Source: a bacterium
Lineage (GTDB): Bacteria; Joyebacterota; Joyebacteria; Joyebacterales; Joyebacteraceae
NCBI GenBank assembly: GCA_025774245.1
Contig: JALGWI010000008.1
Span: 2,525-66,524 of the forward strand
DNA: 64,000 nucleotides
Direction: 5' to 3'
The translations under genes and the position numbers were made by a program. The stretch's first letter is position 1; the number at the start of each line of letters is the position of its first letter. Below the pieces are notes generated by a model, which did no database searches, was not told where the DNA came from, and saw only the letters and a list, made by a program, of their open reading frames with translations. Below, in pieces: positions 9,417-18,378 of the stretch.

Positions 9417-10136
9417 TTGAAGCTGAGACTGAGTTCCATCGGATTCCTGTCGCTCGCGATACTCATCGCGATCGCCGGGCTCTCGTGGGCCGAAGAGGCC
9501 GCGACCGAGAAGACGAAGGGCGAGACGGCCGTCGAGGAGTACTTCGGTGACGGGGCCGAGATCATCCACAAGGCGCTCGAGCTGGTCGATCCGAAGCTCG
9601 CCGCCCTGGAGGAGCAGCTCGGGTTCGCGCTCGTCGCTGAGCCCGACGAGGACGAGGAGGTTGAGCGGAAGGCGACCTTCGACTACTACTTCGTGAAGAG
9701 CGGGGAGAAGGTCGGCGCGGCAACCGTCGTCTCCGCGAGGGGGAAGTGGGCGCCCGTGACGTATCTCGTGGTGCTCGGCTTCGACGCCGCGGTGACCCGC
9801 GTGGAGGTCATCGAGCACAGCGAGAAGCGCGGCAAGGACATCGAGGGCAGGACCTTCCTCGAGCAGTTCGACGGAAAGACGTCCGAAGACGACATCACGC
9901 TCACGACGGACATCACCGCGGTGAGCGGCGCGACGGTCTCGTCGCGGAGTGCCACCGAGGCGGTCCGGGCGGCGATCGTCGTCTACGAGGAGTTGATCCT
10001 CAAGGGCGGAGCTGAGAAGGACAAGAAGACCGCGGACGAGCACGGTGCGGCCTGCGATCACGGCGCCAAGGACGACCACGACGATCATGGCGCCAGGGAC
10101 GACCACGACGACCACTCCGAGTCGAAGGACGAGTAG
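9417..10136 (+). CDS. Secreted FMN-binding domain protein (NqrC/RnfG-type FMN_bind) with a His/Asp-rich C-terminal tail
   Basis: Signal peptide. Flavinylation-type motif DITAVSGATVSS. C-terminal HGAACDHGAKDDHDDHGARDDHDDHSE. TTG start 5 nt after GGGAGGAGG. Confidence 0.7.
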   Translation: MKLRLSSIGFLSLAILIAIAGLSWAEEAATEKTKGETAVEEYFGDGAEIIHKALELVDPKLAALEEQLGFALVAEPDEDEEVERKATFDYYFVKSGEKVGAATVVSARGKWAPVTYLVVLGFDAAVTRVEVIEHSEKRGKDIEGRTFLEQFDGKTSEDDITLTTDITAVSGATVSSRSATEAVRAAIVVYEELILKGGAEKDKKTADEHGAACDHGAKDDHDDHGARDDHDDHSESKDE

Positions 10137-10173
10137 CGATCGTCGGCGCACCGCTTCATGTCAGCGAAACGAG

Positions 10174-10202
10174 AAGGGCCGCGGCACGATGCCGCGGCCC
10201 TT
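10174..10202. terminator. Bidirectional hairpin terminator between convergent genes
   Basis: Perfect 12-bp GC-rich stem AAGGGCCGCGGC / GCCGCGGCCCTT with an ACGAT loop, between the + strand gene ending at 10136 and the - strand gene ending at 10228. Confidence 0.5.
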
Positions 10203-10227
10203 TGACCATCACGCGCCGGTCGCGCCG

Positions 10228-12741
10228 TTACTCCGGCAGCACGTCAGTCGTCGCTTCGAGCTGGAACAGGTTATCGATCCCCGTATTCCCGAGGCTGAGG
10301 AACCGGTGGAGCCCCAGGCCCGCCGTCACCTCCTCGAGGCGCCTGTCGAAGAACGACCGCTTCTCGGTGCAGTAGGCGATGTTCGCCCTCTCCCTCTTCA
10401 CGCCGATCTTCTCGCACGCGTAGTCGATCGTCGCCGAGAGGCCGCCGGACTCGTCGACGAGTCCGAGCTCGAGTGCCCGGGCACCCACGTAGACCCTGCC
10501 CTCCGCGAGCTCGCGCAGCCGGTCGGCGCTCATCCCTCGGCTGTCCGATGCCTTCTCGATGAAGTCGTCGTAGAACCACTCCATGGCCTCCTGCGCCATC
10601 TCGAGTTCCTTCTCCGTGAGATGCCGCGTGAGGGACCACTGGTCGGAGTGCTCCCCGCGCTTGATCGTCTCGTGCGTCGCGTCGATCTTGTCGTAGAGCT
10701 CGGCCAGGACCGGCTTCATCCCCATGACGCCGATGCTCCCCGTGATCGTGAGCGGCTGAACGAAGATCTTCTCAGCGGCGACTGCGATGTAGTAGCCGCC
10801 CGATGCGGCGACGTCGGCCATCGACACGATCAGGGGCTTCTCCTTCGCGAGCTTGACCGTCTCGTTCCAGATGATGTCGGAGGCGAGGCCGCTCCCTCCT
10901 CCGCTGTCGACTCGGAGGATCACCGCCTTGACGCGCGAGTCCTTCCGCACCTTCTTGAGCGCCGCCACGAGTGTCTCCGCGCCGATCGAGCGCGCGCCGG
11001 AGACGGGGTCGGTGCCGCCCTTGCCTTCGTGGATCGTCCCGTAGGCTCCCACGACCGCGATCGTCGGCCCGTAGGTCCAGTCGTACACCTTGTCCTGCCA
11101 CTTCCGCACGCTGACGACGCCGATGTTGTCGGGATCGTCCGGTACCTTCTCCCCGGTGAACTCCCTCGCGGCGACCTTCGCTTCCTCGTAGAAGCCGAGG
11201 CGATCGACCAGGCCGGCCTCGAGCGCCGCCGGCGGCGTGAAGAGCCGTCCGTTGCAGAGCTCCTCGGCCTTGCTCCGAATGATCCCGCGTCCCTCGACGA
11301 TCGACTCGACGATGGCCTCGTAGCTGGAGTCGACCAGTTCCTGCACCTCCACGCGCTGCTCGGCGGTCAGGGAATCGGGGCCGAGCGAATGGAAGGTGCT
11401 CTTGTACTTCCCGGCCGTCATGTAGTCCCACTCGATGCCGAGCTTCTCGGTGGTGCCCGTGAACCGCATGATCGTCCTGTGGGCCCCGAGGCCGTCGATT
11501 CCGCTCGCCGGGTTCATGACGACGAGGTCGGCGGCGGTGGCCAGGTAGTACTCCTGCGAGCTCGCGCCGTGCTCGAGGTACACGACGATCTTCTTCCCCT
11601 TGACGTCGCGCGCCCGCACGATCTCGTCGCGGATGTCCTGCGAGAGCGCCGACGGGCCACCGAAGAACCCGCGGCCGAGCCCCTTGATGCGGAACAGGAT
11701 GCAGTCGATCGAGCTCTGATCCGCCGCTCGCCGGATGTCCCTGACGATCCGCTGCGCGCTCGCCTCGGGCCCGCCGAAGAGGCTCCAGCCCGGCGACGTG
11801 TCGGAGAGCGGGCCGGTGATCTTGATTTCGGCCACCTGGTGCGACGGCTTGATGACGCTCCTCATACGCTGTCCCGTGAAGAGCACGTCGTAGGTCATGA
11901 CGCGATCGATCGACGGCGTGAAGCTCCTGGCCGAGGCGCCGGCCCCGACGTGCGTTCCTCCGAGCCAGAGCCCGAGGCTCGTCTCTTCCTCGCGCGCTCC
12001 CTCATACCGGTACGACTTCATCGAGCCCCGGAGGATCAGTCCGTTCATGATCTCGGTCTCGAGCCCGCCGACGTACGACGCCTCGTCCCAGTCCCAGCCC
12101 CGCGGAACGCTGGCGTCCGCCATGAGCGTGAGGCGGTTCCCGAACGGACGGACGGCGAGGCCGAACACGTAGGACATGGTCGTCGACTGGCACGAGCAAT
12201 CGGCGGGCAAGATCGGGTCGCTCAGGTAGGTAGGCTCCGAGAGGTTCCTGAGCGTGGCGCCGAGCGACAGGACGCTCGACGGACGGATCATGAGTCCCAC
12301 GTCCCACGTGCCCGACTTCTTGCGGGTGCCGAACTGCGGCCTGAACCAGCGGTAGTCGAAGCCGAGACCCCACGAACGCGACTGCCCGAAGGCGAAGCCG
12401 AGGGTGTAGGTGTCCATGGCGTTTCCGCCCATGCGGAGCCCGGAGATGTCAGGATCGTCGTACGGTTCCCAGAGGTACTGCCGGTCGTAACCGAACCCGA
12501 AGCTGCCGAGCTTGACCGCGGCCGAGCCTCCCGCCGACTTCGAGCCGGCGGTCGAGTACGACACGTAGAGGCTCTGTTCGGGGTAGAGCGCGAGCCCGCC
12601 CGGGTTCAGGAAGACCGCCGTCGCGTCGTCGTTGACGGCGACCGAACTCGCTCCCCGCAACCAGGTGTTCGGGAGGATGTCCGCCTGGGCTCCTCCGGCG
12701 AAGACCGCCGCCACGATGAGCACTGCTGCAATCGTCCGCAT
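10228..12741 (-). CDS. sppA: Signal peptide peptidase SppA (two S49 domains, 67K type) fused to a ~300-aa N-terminal beta-barrel-like (PorV/FadL-like) domain
   Basis: Signal peptide. The N-terminal domain has alternating aromatic/Gly beta-strand patterns (LGFAFGQS, WGLGFDYRW). Two S49 peptidase domains lie in the C-terminal 550 aa. Confidence 0.8.
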   Translation of the reverse strand: MRTIAAVLIVAAVFAGGAQADILPNTWLRGASSVAVNDDATAVFLNPGGLALYPEQSLYVSYSTAGSKSAGGSAAVKLGSFGFGYDRQYLWEPYDDPDISGLRMGGNAMDTYTLGFAFGQSRSWGLGFDYRWFRPQFGTRKKSGTWDVGLMIRPSSVLSLGATLRNLSEPTYLSDPILPADCSCQSTTMSYVFGLAVRPFGNRLTLMADASVPRGWDWDEASYVGGLETEIMNGLILRGSMKSYRYEGAREEETSLGLWLGGTHVGAGASARSFTPSIDRVMTYDVLFTGQRMRSVIKPSHQVAEIKITGPLSDTSPGWSLFGGPEASAQRIVRDIRRAADQSSIDCILFRIKGLGRGFFGGPSALSQDIRDEIVRARDVKGKKIVVYLEHGASSQEYYLATAADLVVMNPASGIDGLGAHRTIMRFTGTTEKLGIEWDYMTAGKYKSTFHSLGPDSLTAEQRVEVQELVDSSYEAIVESIVEGRGIIRSKAEELCNGRLFTPPAALEAGLVDRLGFYEEAKVAAREFTGEKVPDDPDNIGVVSVRKWQDKVYDWTYGPTIAVVGAYGTIHEGKGGTDPVSGARSIGAETLVAALKKVRKDSRVKAVILRVDSGGGSGLASDIIWNETVKLAKEKPLIVSMADVAASGGYYIAVAAEKIFVQPLTITGSIGVMGMKPVLAELYDKIDATHETIKRGEHSDQWSLTRHLTEKELEMAQEAMEWFYDDFIEKASDSRGMSADRLRELAEGRVYVGARALELGLVDESGGLSATIDYACEKIGVKRERANIAYCTEKRSFFDRRLEEVTAGLGLHRFLSLGNTGIDNLFQLEATTDVLPE

Positions 12742-12939
12742 GTGCCTCCTCCTTCTTCCCGCCGCGCTGTGCCGTGATTAGTATCGTCCGCGCACCGATC
12801 GTGTTGCCGCCGCGCTGGCAGCTCGCGTGGGTGGGATTGTACCACGATGTCGCGTGATGGTCACGCGACTCCCGGAGGTCGGGAGCCGCGTCGAGGTTGG
12901 GGGTCGTGCTGAGGCTGGGAGCCGCGCCAGGGGGCGGGG

Positions 12940-14127
12940 CTAGTTGACGTAGAGGCGGAAGTCCACCATCAGGTCCCTGTTGTCCTCGAACGCGCGCGCG
13001 ACGTCGACGCGGAACTCGCCGAGTCCGGGCGCGTCCCAGTGGAACCCGATGCCGAGGTCGTACTTGAGCTCGTCAAACTGGTAGCCCTTGCTCGACCAGG
13101 TCTCTCCGACGTCGGCGTAGTAGATCACCTCGAACTCGTGCCAGATCCTGACGCCGTACTCGAGGCGCGTGAAGAAGACGTTCTTGCCGGAGTACTCCTT
13201 GCGCTCGTATCCCGCGAGGTTCTCGATGCCGCCGAGGTAGAAGAGCTTGTGCGACGGGAAATCGGTGCCGCTCGCGATTCCCCACTGGGAGATGAGCGTG
13301 AGCGTCTGCGTGTCGGTGATGCGCCAGTAAGGCATGACGTCGAGCGTGTACTTCACGAAGTCGTAGTCGCCACCGGTGCTCTTGCCCGAGCGCTCGAAGA
13401 ACCCGCGGAGGCGCCAACCGCTGTGCGAGATCGCGTCCCTCGAGTCATACGCGAAGTTGAGGTACCAGCTGTTCATCTTCCCTTCGTACCCCCACGCGTT
13501 GATCTCGTTTCCGACCATGAGCGCCGGGTTCTCGCGCCACCTCTCGTTGTTTCGGAAGAGGCTCCAGACGCTCTGCGCGGTCGTCAGAGACGTGAGGTCG
13601 TCCGTCCGGTACTCGAGGCGGAAGAGGAGCTCGGGATTCACGATGTGCTGGATGAAGAACGTCCCGCCCTCGCGCATGAAGTAGTCCCTGAGGTCGCGCC
13701 TCGCGGTGACCGCCCGGAGGTTGTTGTCGAGGTCGCCGATGGCTTCCTCGTCCTGACGGGACATGGCCGTCTTCTTGTAGAAGTCGACGCCGAACGAGAG
13801 GCTCTTCTGGCTGAGGAGCGGCTGTTCGAACTCAAGCTGGTAGAAACTGGCGCTCCGGGCCGAGGGCCAGCCCCAGAGCGCGACGACGCGCGGGTGGAGG
13901 CGGGTCTCCGAGCGATACCGGAGGCCGAGGTAGAAGTCGATACCGTCCACGCGGTTGTAGTAGATTCTGCCGGCCGGACCGAGGCAGCTCCCTCCGTCGA
14001 AACACCAGTTGGTGAAATCCGAGGCGTTCACCTCGAGGAAGGCTTCGGGGAAGTCGTCGGCCACTGCCGTCGTCGTGACGACGGCGATGAGTACGAGAGC
14101 GAGAAGCGTGATTCTCCGTGCGGGCAT
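12940..14127 (-). CDS. Omp85/BamA-TamA family outer membrane protein (surface antigen D15 beta-barrel)
   Basis: Signal peptide MPARRITLLALVLIAVV. C-terminal FYLGGIENLAGY...GIGFHWDAPGLGEFRVDVA barrel signature. GGAGGA RBS before the ATG at 14127; the track ORF extends to 14184. Confidence 0.7.
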   Translation of the reverse strand: MPARRITLLALVLIAVVTTTAVADDFPEAFLEVNASDFTNWCFDGGSCLGPAGRIYYNRVDGIDFYLGLRYRSETRLHPRVVALWGWPSARSASFYQLEFEQPLLSQKSLSFGVDFYKKTAMSRQDEEAIGDLDNNLRAVTARRDLRDYFMREGGTFFIQHIVNPELLFRLEYRTDDLTSLTTAQSVWSLFRNNERWRENPALMVGNEINAWGYEGKMNSWYLNFAYDSRDAISHSGWRLRGFFERSGKSTGGDYDFVKYTLDVMPYWRITDTQTLTLISQWGIASGTDFPSHKLFYLGGIENLAGYERKEYSGKNVFFTRLEYGVRIWHEFEVIYYADVGETWSSKGYQFDELKYDLGIGFHWDAPGLGEFRVDVARAFEDNRDLMVDFRLYVN

Positions 14128-14207
14128 GACGGTCCTCCGCGGACGGTCCGATGCGGCCTGGCCCGACGCACGTGTATACGACATCGTGAGAGGGGGGCAG
14201 GTTTCGC

Positions 14208-14996
14208 CTAGTCGCGATGGACGATCGTATCAGTGTACGTATCGGCCGTGCAACGGCGAAGATAGAGCGATTCGATCTCCGGCAGCGAGCTGAACACGTT
14301 CCTCGCCAGCTCCCGCGTCAGGCCCGCGAGAAGTTCGTCCTCGGAGCGCCCGTCCTCGGAGGCGAAAACGTACTCGAGGTAGAGGTTCTGTCCCTCGCCC
14401 TTCAGGCCCACGATCCGTCGAGGGCTCAACGCGCGGGCGGCGGGCTCGAGCTCCTGCAGCTTCTTCGTCAGTTCCTCTTCGATGTGGAGATCGACGATGC
14501 GGCGTGAGACGTCGGTGTAACAGATCCTGTCGAGGCCGAGCGTCGTGCACAGCGCGGCGGGTCCCTCTTCCCACACGTTCCCGCCGGCCGAATGGTAGAA
14601 CGCGACGTGGTCCTCGCCGACGCCGAGGAGGTACGCGGGGGAGCTGTCGGAGATGTAGGGCGTCTGCCTCATCTCGCCCTCCCAGTCCGGCGGCATCAGC
14701 CAGACCCGGTAGAACGAGTAGTAGTGGAAGCCGTTCGGGTGGAGGAAGCGCGTCTGCGTGTCCTCCACCATGGCGTAGAGCCCGGCCTCGTCGCCCGTCC
14801 AGCCGATCGGCACGCTGGCGATCCCCGTCTCGATGACGTGCCAACCCTCGGGGAGCGCAGTCTCGAGCTTCCCGGTCAGAATCTCGAGCTCTGTCTCCGG
14901 GGGCACAGGGGGAGGAGGTGGCTGAACTGCACGCGCGCACGCCAAAGGGAGTGATAGAACGAAGGTCGCAACAAATAGGTACTTCACTCTGTTCAT
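14208..14996 (-). CDS. Hypothetical secreted protein or lipoprotein
   Basis: Signal peptide MNRVKYLFVATFVLSLPLACARA. No recognisable domain. The competing -strand ORF 14230..15132 is Arg-rich and rejected. Confidence 0.55.
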   Translation of the reverse strand: MNRVKYLFVATFVLSLPLACARAVQPPPPPVPPETELEILTGKLETALPEGWHVIETGIASVPIGWTGDEAGLYAMVEDTQTRFLHPNGFHYYSFYRVWLMPPDWEGEMRQTPYISDSSPAYLLGVGEDHVAFYHSAGGNVWEEGPAALCTTLGLDRICYTDVSRRIVDLHIEEELTKKLQELEPAARALSPRRIVGLKGEGQNLYLEYVFASEDGRSEDELLAGLTRELARNVFSSLPEIESLYLRRCTADTYTDTIVHRD

Positions 14997-15052
14997 GTGT
15001 TTCACGTCCAAGCTTGCAGAAGAGCTTCCTCGCGCCGTCGCGCCGCTGCCGA

Positions 15053-16150
15053 TCATCGGGACTGCCCATCGTCCGCGCAGAGCTGCCCGCAACCGGCGGC
15101 GATGTCGCTGCCGCGGCTGATCCTTCTGACAACCGTCGGACAACGCGCCCTCAGGAGCGCGAGGAACCGCTCGACTGTCTTGTCCGTGGGGGGTGCGTAC
15201 GCTGCCTTCTTCGTCTCATTATAACATATGACGTTGATGCTGCAAGGTAGTTTGTCAGCGAGGTCAGCCAGCATGCTGGCCATTTCGGGGGAATCGTTGA
15301 TGTCCTGGAGCAGGACGTACTCGATCGTGATCCTGCGGCCCCGGCGCTTCGTGTATTTGGCGAGCGCGTCGATGAGTTCGTTCAGCGGGTACTTCCCGGC
15401 GATCGGCATGATCTCCGCGCGGAGCCTCTGGACGGGGGCGTTGAGCGAGATCGCGAGGTTGAGCTGGAGATCCTCCTCGGCCAGTCGCAGGATGCCCGGC
15501 ACGACGCCCGCCGTCGAGATCGTGATCCGCCGGGCCCCGATCTCGAGGCCCCACGGGGCGTTCGCGATGACGATCGCCTTCATCGTGTCGTCGTAGTTGT
15601 CGAGAGGCTCGCCCATCCCCATGAAGACGATGTTGCCGAGCCGCTCCGGGGCGATGTTCCGCCTGAGCGCCAGGATCTGTTCGACGATCTCCGCGGCAGT
15701 GAGGTTCCTCTTCAAGCCCATCGTTCCGGTGGCGCAGAAGCTGCAGCCCCAGCGGCACCCGACCTGGGTCGAGATGCAGCCGGTCGTCCGGTCGCCGTCG
15801 CGAAGGACGACGGCCTCGATCCGCGCCGTGTCGTTGTACTCGAGGAGGAACTTCTCCGTACCGTCGATCGCCGACAGCTCGCGCTCGATCACCTCGGTCC
15901 TCGCGATCTTCGCGTCCCGGGCGAGGCGCTCGCGGAGGGCGCGCGGGAGGTCGGTCATCTCCTCGAATCCGCGGACGCCGCGCGTGAAGACCCACGCGGC
16001 GATCTGGTCGGCGCGATAGCGCGGCTCGCCGAGCGACGAGACGAACTGCTCGATCTCAGTCAGCGTGAGTCCTCTGAGGTCGATGCGTCCGCGGCGAGGA
16101 GGACTGCCACTCTTCCGATCGCGGCGGTCCGCTCCCTTCTTCTCGCTCAC
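15053..16150 (-). CDS. rlmN: 23S rRNA (adenine2503-C2)-methyltransferase RlmN (radical SAM)
   Basis: GCRWGCSFCATG (CxxxCxxC). Full-length RlmN-like architecture. Confidence 0.9.
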   Translation of the reverse strand: MSEKKGADRRDRKSGSPPRRGRIDLRGLTLTEIEQFVSSLGEPRYRADQIAAWVFTRGVRGFEEMTDLPRALRERLARDAKIARTEVIERELSAIDGTEKFLLEYNDTARIEAVVLRDGDRTTGCISTQVGCRWGCSFCATGTMGLKRNLTAAEIVEQILALRRNIAPERLGNIVFMGMGEPLDNYDDTMKAIVIANAPWGLEIGARRITISTAGVVPGILRLAEEDLQLNLAISLNAPVQRLRAEIMPIAGKYPLNELIDALAKYTKRRGRRITIEYVLLQDINDSPEMASMLADLADKLPCSINVICYNETKKAAYAPPTDKTVERFLALLRARCPTVVRRISRGSDIAAGCGQLCADDGQSR

Positions 16151-16414
16151 GTTTTCCTTCCTCGCCCGAGTCCCGGGGCGCGGTTCACCTCAGCACGACG
16201 AGCGGTAATGAACGCGAGGAAGGGAACCGGTCTCATGCGGACCACCTCCGTTCGCAGTAGGAATCGCTCTCGGGTTCTCTAAGGACTCCTCTATTGTAGA
16301 CCGTTCGGGCGCGTGGCGGAAGGGAACTTCGCAGGCGCCCCACGCCGGCGGGAGGCATCTGCGCTGCCTCCGCCCTTGACGGCCGCCCCCCGCGGTGCTA
16401 GCACTGATGGCGAG

Positions 16415-16894
16415 ATGAGCGACTCTTCATCGACACGGACAACCATCATGACGGCACCGCTCGAGGTGTTCCGCGAGCTCGGCGACGCCACGCGGCTTCA
16501 GGTGTTCCTCGTCCTCCTTCGTGGTCGGCGGAACGTCTCGCAGATCGTGCTGGAGCTGGGACTCTCGCAGCCGCAGGTCTCGTACCACCTCAAGAAGCTC
16601 CGCGAGGCGGGCCTCGCCGTCGAGGAGCGCGACGGCCGCTGGGTCTACTACGAGGCGAACTGGGAGACCGGCGACCCGCACGTCCGTGAGCTTCTCGACC
16701 TCACCGCGCGGTGGGCGGAACTCGCCCCACCGTCGGCAGGCCCGTCCGTCCGCCCGCCCGCGCGCACGCCCGTGCGCCCGAGTCGCCCCGCAGAGAAGCC
16801 TCCGCCCGCGGGCCCGTCCGGCGAAAATGAAGGACGACCCATCATCGAGCGTCCCAAGAGAGCAGACAACGATCTGGACGACTTTTTGCTCTAA
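16415..16894 (+). CDS. ArsR/SmtB family transcriptional regulator with a Pro-rich C-terminal tail
   Basis: wHTH signature RLQVFLVLL...VSQIVLELGLSQPQVSYHLKKLREAGL. Confidence 0.65.
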   Translation: MSDSSSTRTTIMTAPLEVFRELGDATRLQVFLVLLRGRRNVSQIVLELGLSQPQVSYHLKKLREAGLAVEERDGRWVYYEANWETGDPHVRELLDLTARWAELAPPSAGPSVRPPARTPVRPSRPAEKPPPAGPSGENEGRPIIERPKRADNDLDDFLL

Positions 16895-17018
16895 GTAAGC
16901 GGAGTCCAGATTGAGCGCGGACCTCCGGGCCGACGCGCCGAACGGGCGCGGTGGCCTCGTGGGGCAGCCCCTGGGGGGAGAGACCGTGGTGGCTGAGAGG
17001 ATCCGGCGGCTCGCCGAT

Positions 17019-17762
17019 ATGACCTGGAACGACGTCGAGGCCTGTCTCGGGGAATCGGACGGGCTCGTCGTCCCGATCGGTACGTGCGAGCAGCACGGAC
17101 TCCACCTCCCTCTCTCCACCGACACCCTCATCGCCGAAGCCTTCGCGGACAGGATCGCCGGCGCCACCGGCGTCCCGATCGCGCCGACCCTCTCCTACGG
17201 CGTGAACCTCCCGTGCGACCGCTACGTGCCGGGAACCGCCGGCCTTTCGTTCGACGGCATGCGCGAGAGCCTGCGCAATCTCATCACGGACTGGACCCGG
17301 CAGGGCTTCCGCCGCTTCTTCGTCGTGACGGCCCACGGCTGCGCGACGGACGGCTACGGCTTCGCCCATCACGAGGCGATCAAGCAGGCCGCGCTCCCGC
17401 TCCTGACCGAGCGGGTTTGCGATGTCTTTGTCCTGTTCCCATATTGGGAAGAGATAGGCGACCTCCTGACAGACCAGAGCGGCGTCGAGCACGCGGGCGA
17501 AGTGGAGACGTCGCTCGCCCTACACCTCTTCCCGGAGATGGTCCGAACCGACCTGATCCGGGACGCCGCGAATGGGGAAGAGGAGGAGCGCTACCGCGCC
17601 TTCCCGGAGGGCGTGGCGACCGGCCCGCCGCCGGCCGGATGGAACGGCGCCGAGGGGCACCCCTCGGCTGCGTCGGCGGAGACCGGGGAACGGATCTTCG
17701 AACGGTGTCTGACGGCCATGGTTCGGTTCGTCGCAGAGAGGGGAGGAGGCAGGAATTCGTGA
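17019..17762 (+). CDS. Creatininase-family amidohydrolase
   Basis: MTWNDVEA...GLVVPIGTCEQHGLHLPLSTD is the family N-terminal metal-binding motif. Confidence 0.7.
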   Translation: MTWNDVEACLGESDGLVVPIGTCEQHGLHLPLSTDTLIAEAFADRIAGATGVPIAPTLSYGVNLPCDRYVPGTAGLSFDGMRESLRNLITDWTRQGFRRFFVVTAHGCATDGYGFAHHEAIKQAALPLLTERVCDVFVLFPYWEEIGDLLTDQSGVEHAGEVETSLALHLFPEMVRTDLIRDAANGEEEERYRAFPEGVATGPPPAGWNGAEGHPSAASAETGERIFERCLTAMVRFVAERGGGRNS

Positions 17763-17976
17763 CTGAAACCCACCCTCTCCGACAGTCTCTCTGGTTGACG
17801 GGCCCGGGCAATGGTGGTACAATGACCTTGGAAGACGAGGTCTTCCGACCGGACACCCCCCTTGTTCCAGCGTCACTCGCCGCCGGGCGAGAGTCTTATG
17901 ACGCGGAATCCCCGGCGGCACATATCATCACGTGGACGACTACCCCACAGAGGGCACGCCACAGGGAGGACAGTTC

Positions 17977-18327
17977 ATGAGAACACGACGGATCCTCGAC
18001 CTACTTGTGGTCCTCGCGCTGAGCTTTGCCTTGCTCACGGCAACGGCCAGCTCGGCGAGGCAGGCTCACGTCAGCGTCACGGATCAGGGGACGGCTCCCC
18101 CGATCGCCCTGAAGGACGACGGCGACGGCGGAGACGATGATCGCTGGGGCGCCTGCGATCCCTACGATCCCGAAGATCCCGACCCCGAAGGAGAGGGTGA
18201 GGGCGACGGTGAGGAGCCAGAGGGCGACGGAGAGGTTCAGGGCGGGAACCCGAAGGCGTTCGAGACGATTCGGATGCAGCTCTCGAACATCTTCTGGCGC
18301 CTGAGGCTCATGCTCGCAGCACTCTAG
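17977..18327 (+). CDS. Small secreted acidic low-complexity protein
   Basis: Signal peptide MRTRRILDLLVVLALSFALLTATASSA, then a D/E/G/P-rich stretch (DPYDPEDPDPEGEGEGDGEEPEGDGE). Confidence 0.35.
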   Translation: MRTRRILDLLVVLALSFALLTATASSARQAHVSVTDQGTAPPIALKDDGDGGDDDRWGACDPYDPEDPDPEGEGEGDGEEPEGDGEVQGGNPKAFETIRMQLSNIFWRLRLMLAAL

Positions 18328-18378
18328 CTTCAGCCAACACGGCTCAAGCGTTCGTACCCTGCTGCGCGAGGCCAGGAT

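Noticed and set aside
10045-12777. 910-aa + strand ORF
   Set aside because: Arg/Pro/Ala-rich low-complexity translation, antisense to the well-supported SppA gene. A typical high-GC shadow ORF.
14230-15132. 300-aa - strand ORF overlapping the 14208..15143 ORF in another frame
   Set aside because: Arg-rich composition. The alternative frame encodes a protein with a signal peptide and balanced composition.
17084-17980. 298-aa + strand ORF
   Set aside because: Arg/Pro/Gly-rich, overlaps the creatininase-family gene out of frame. No motifs.
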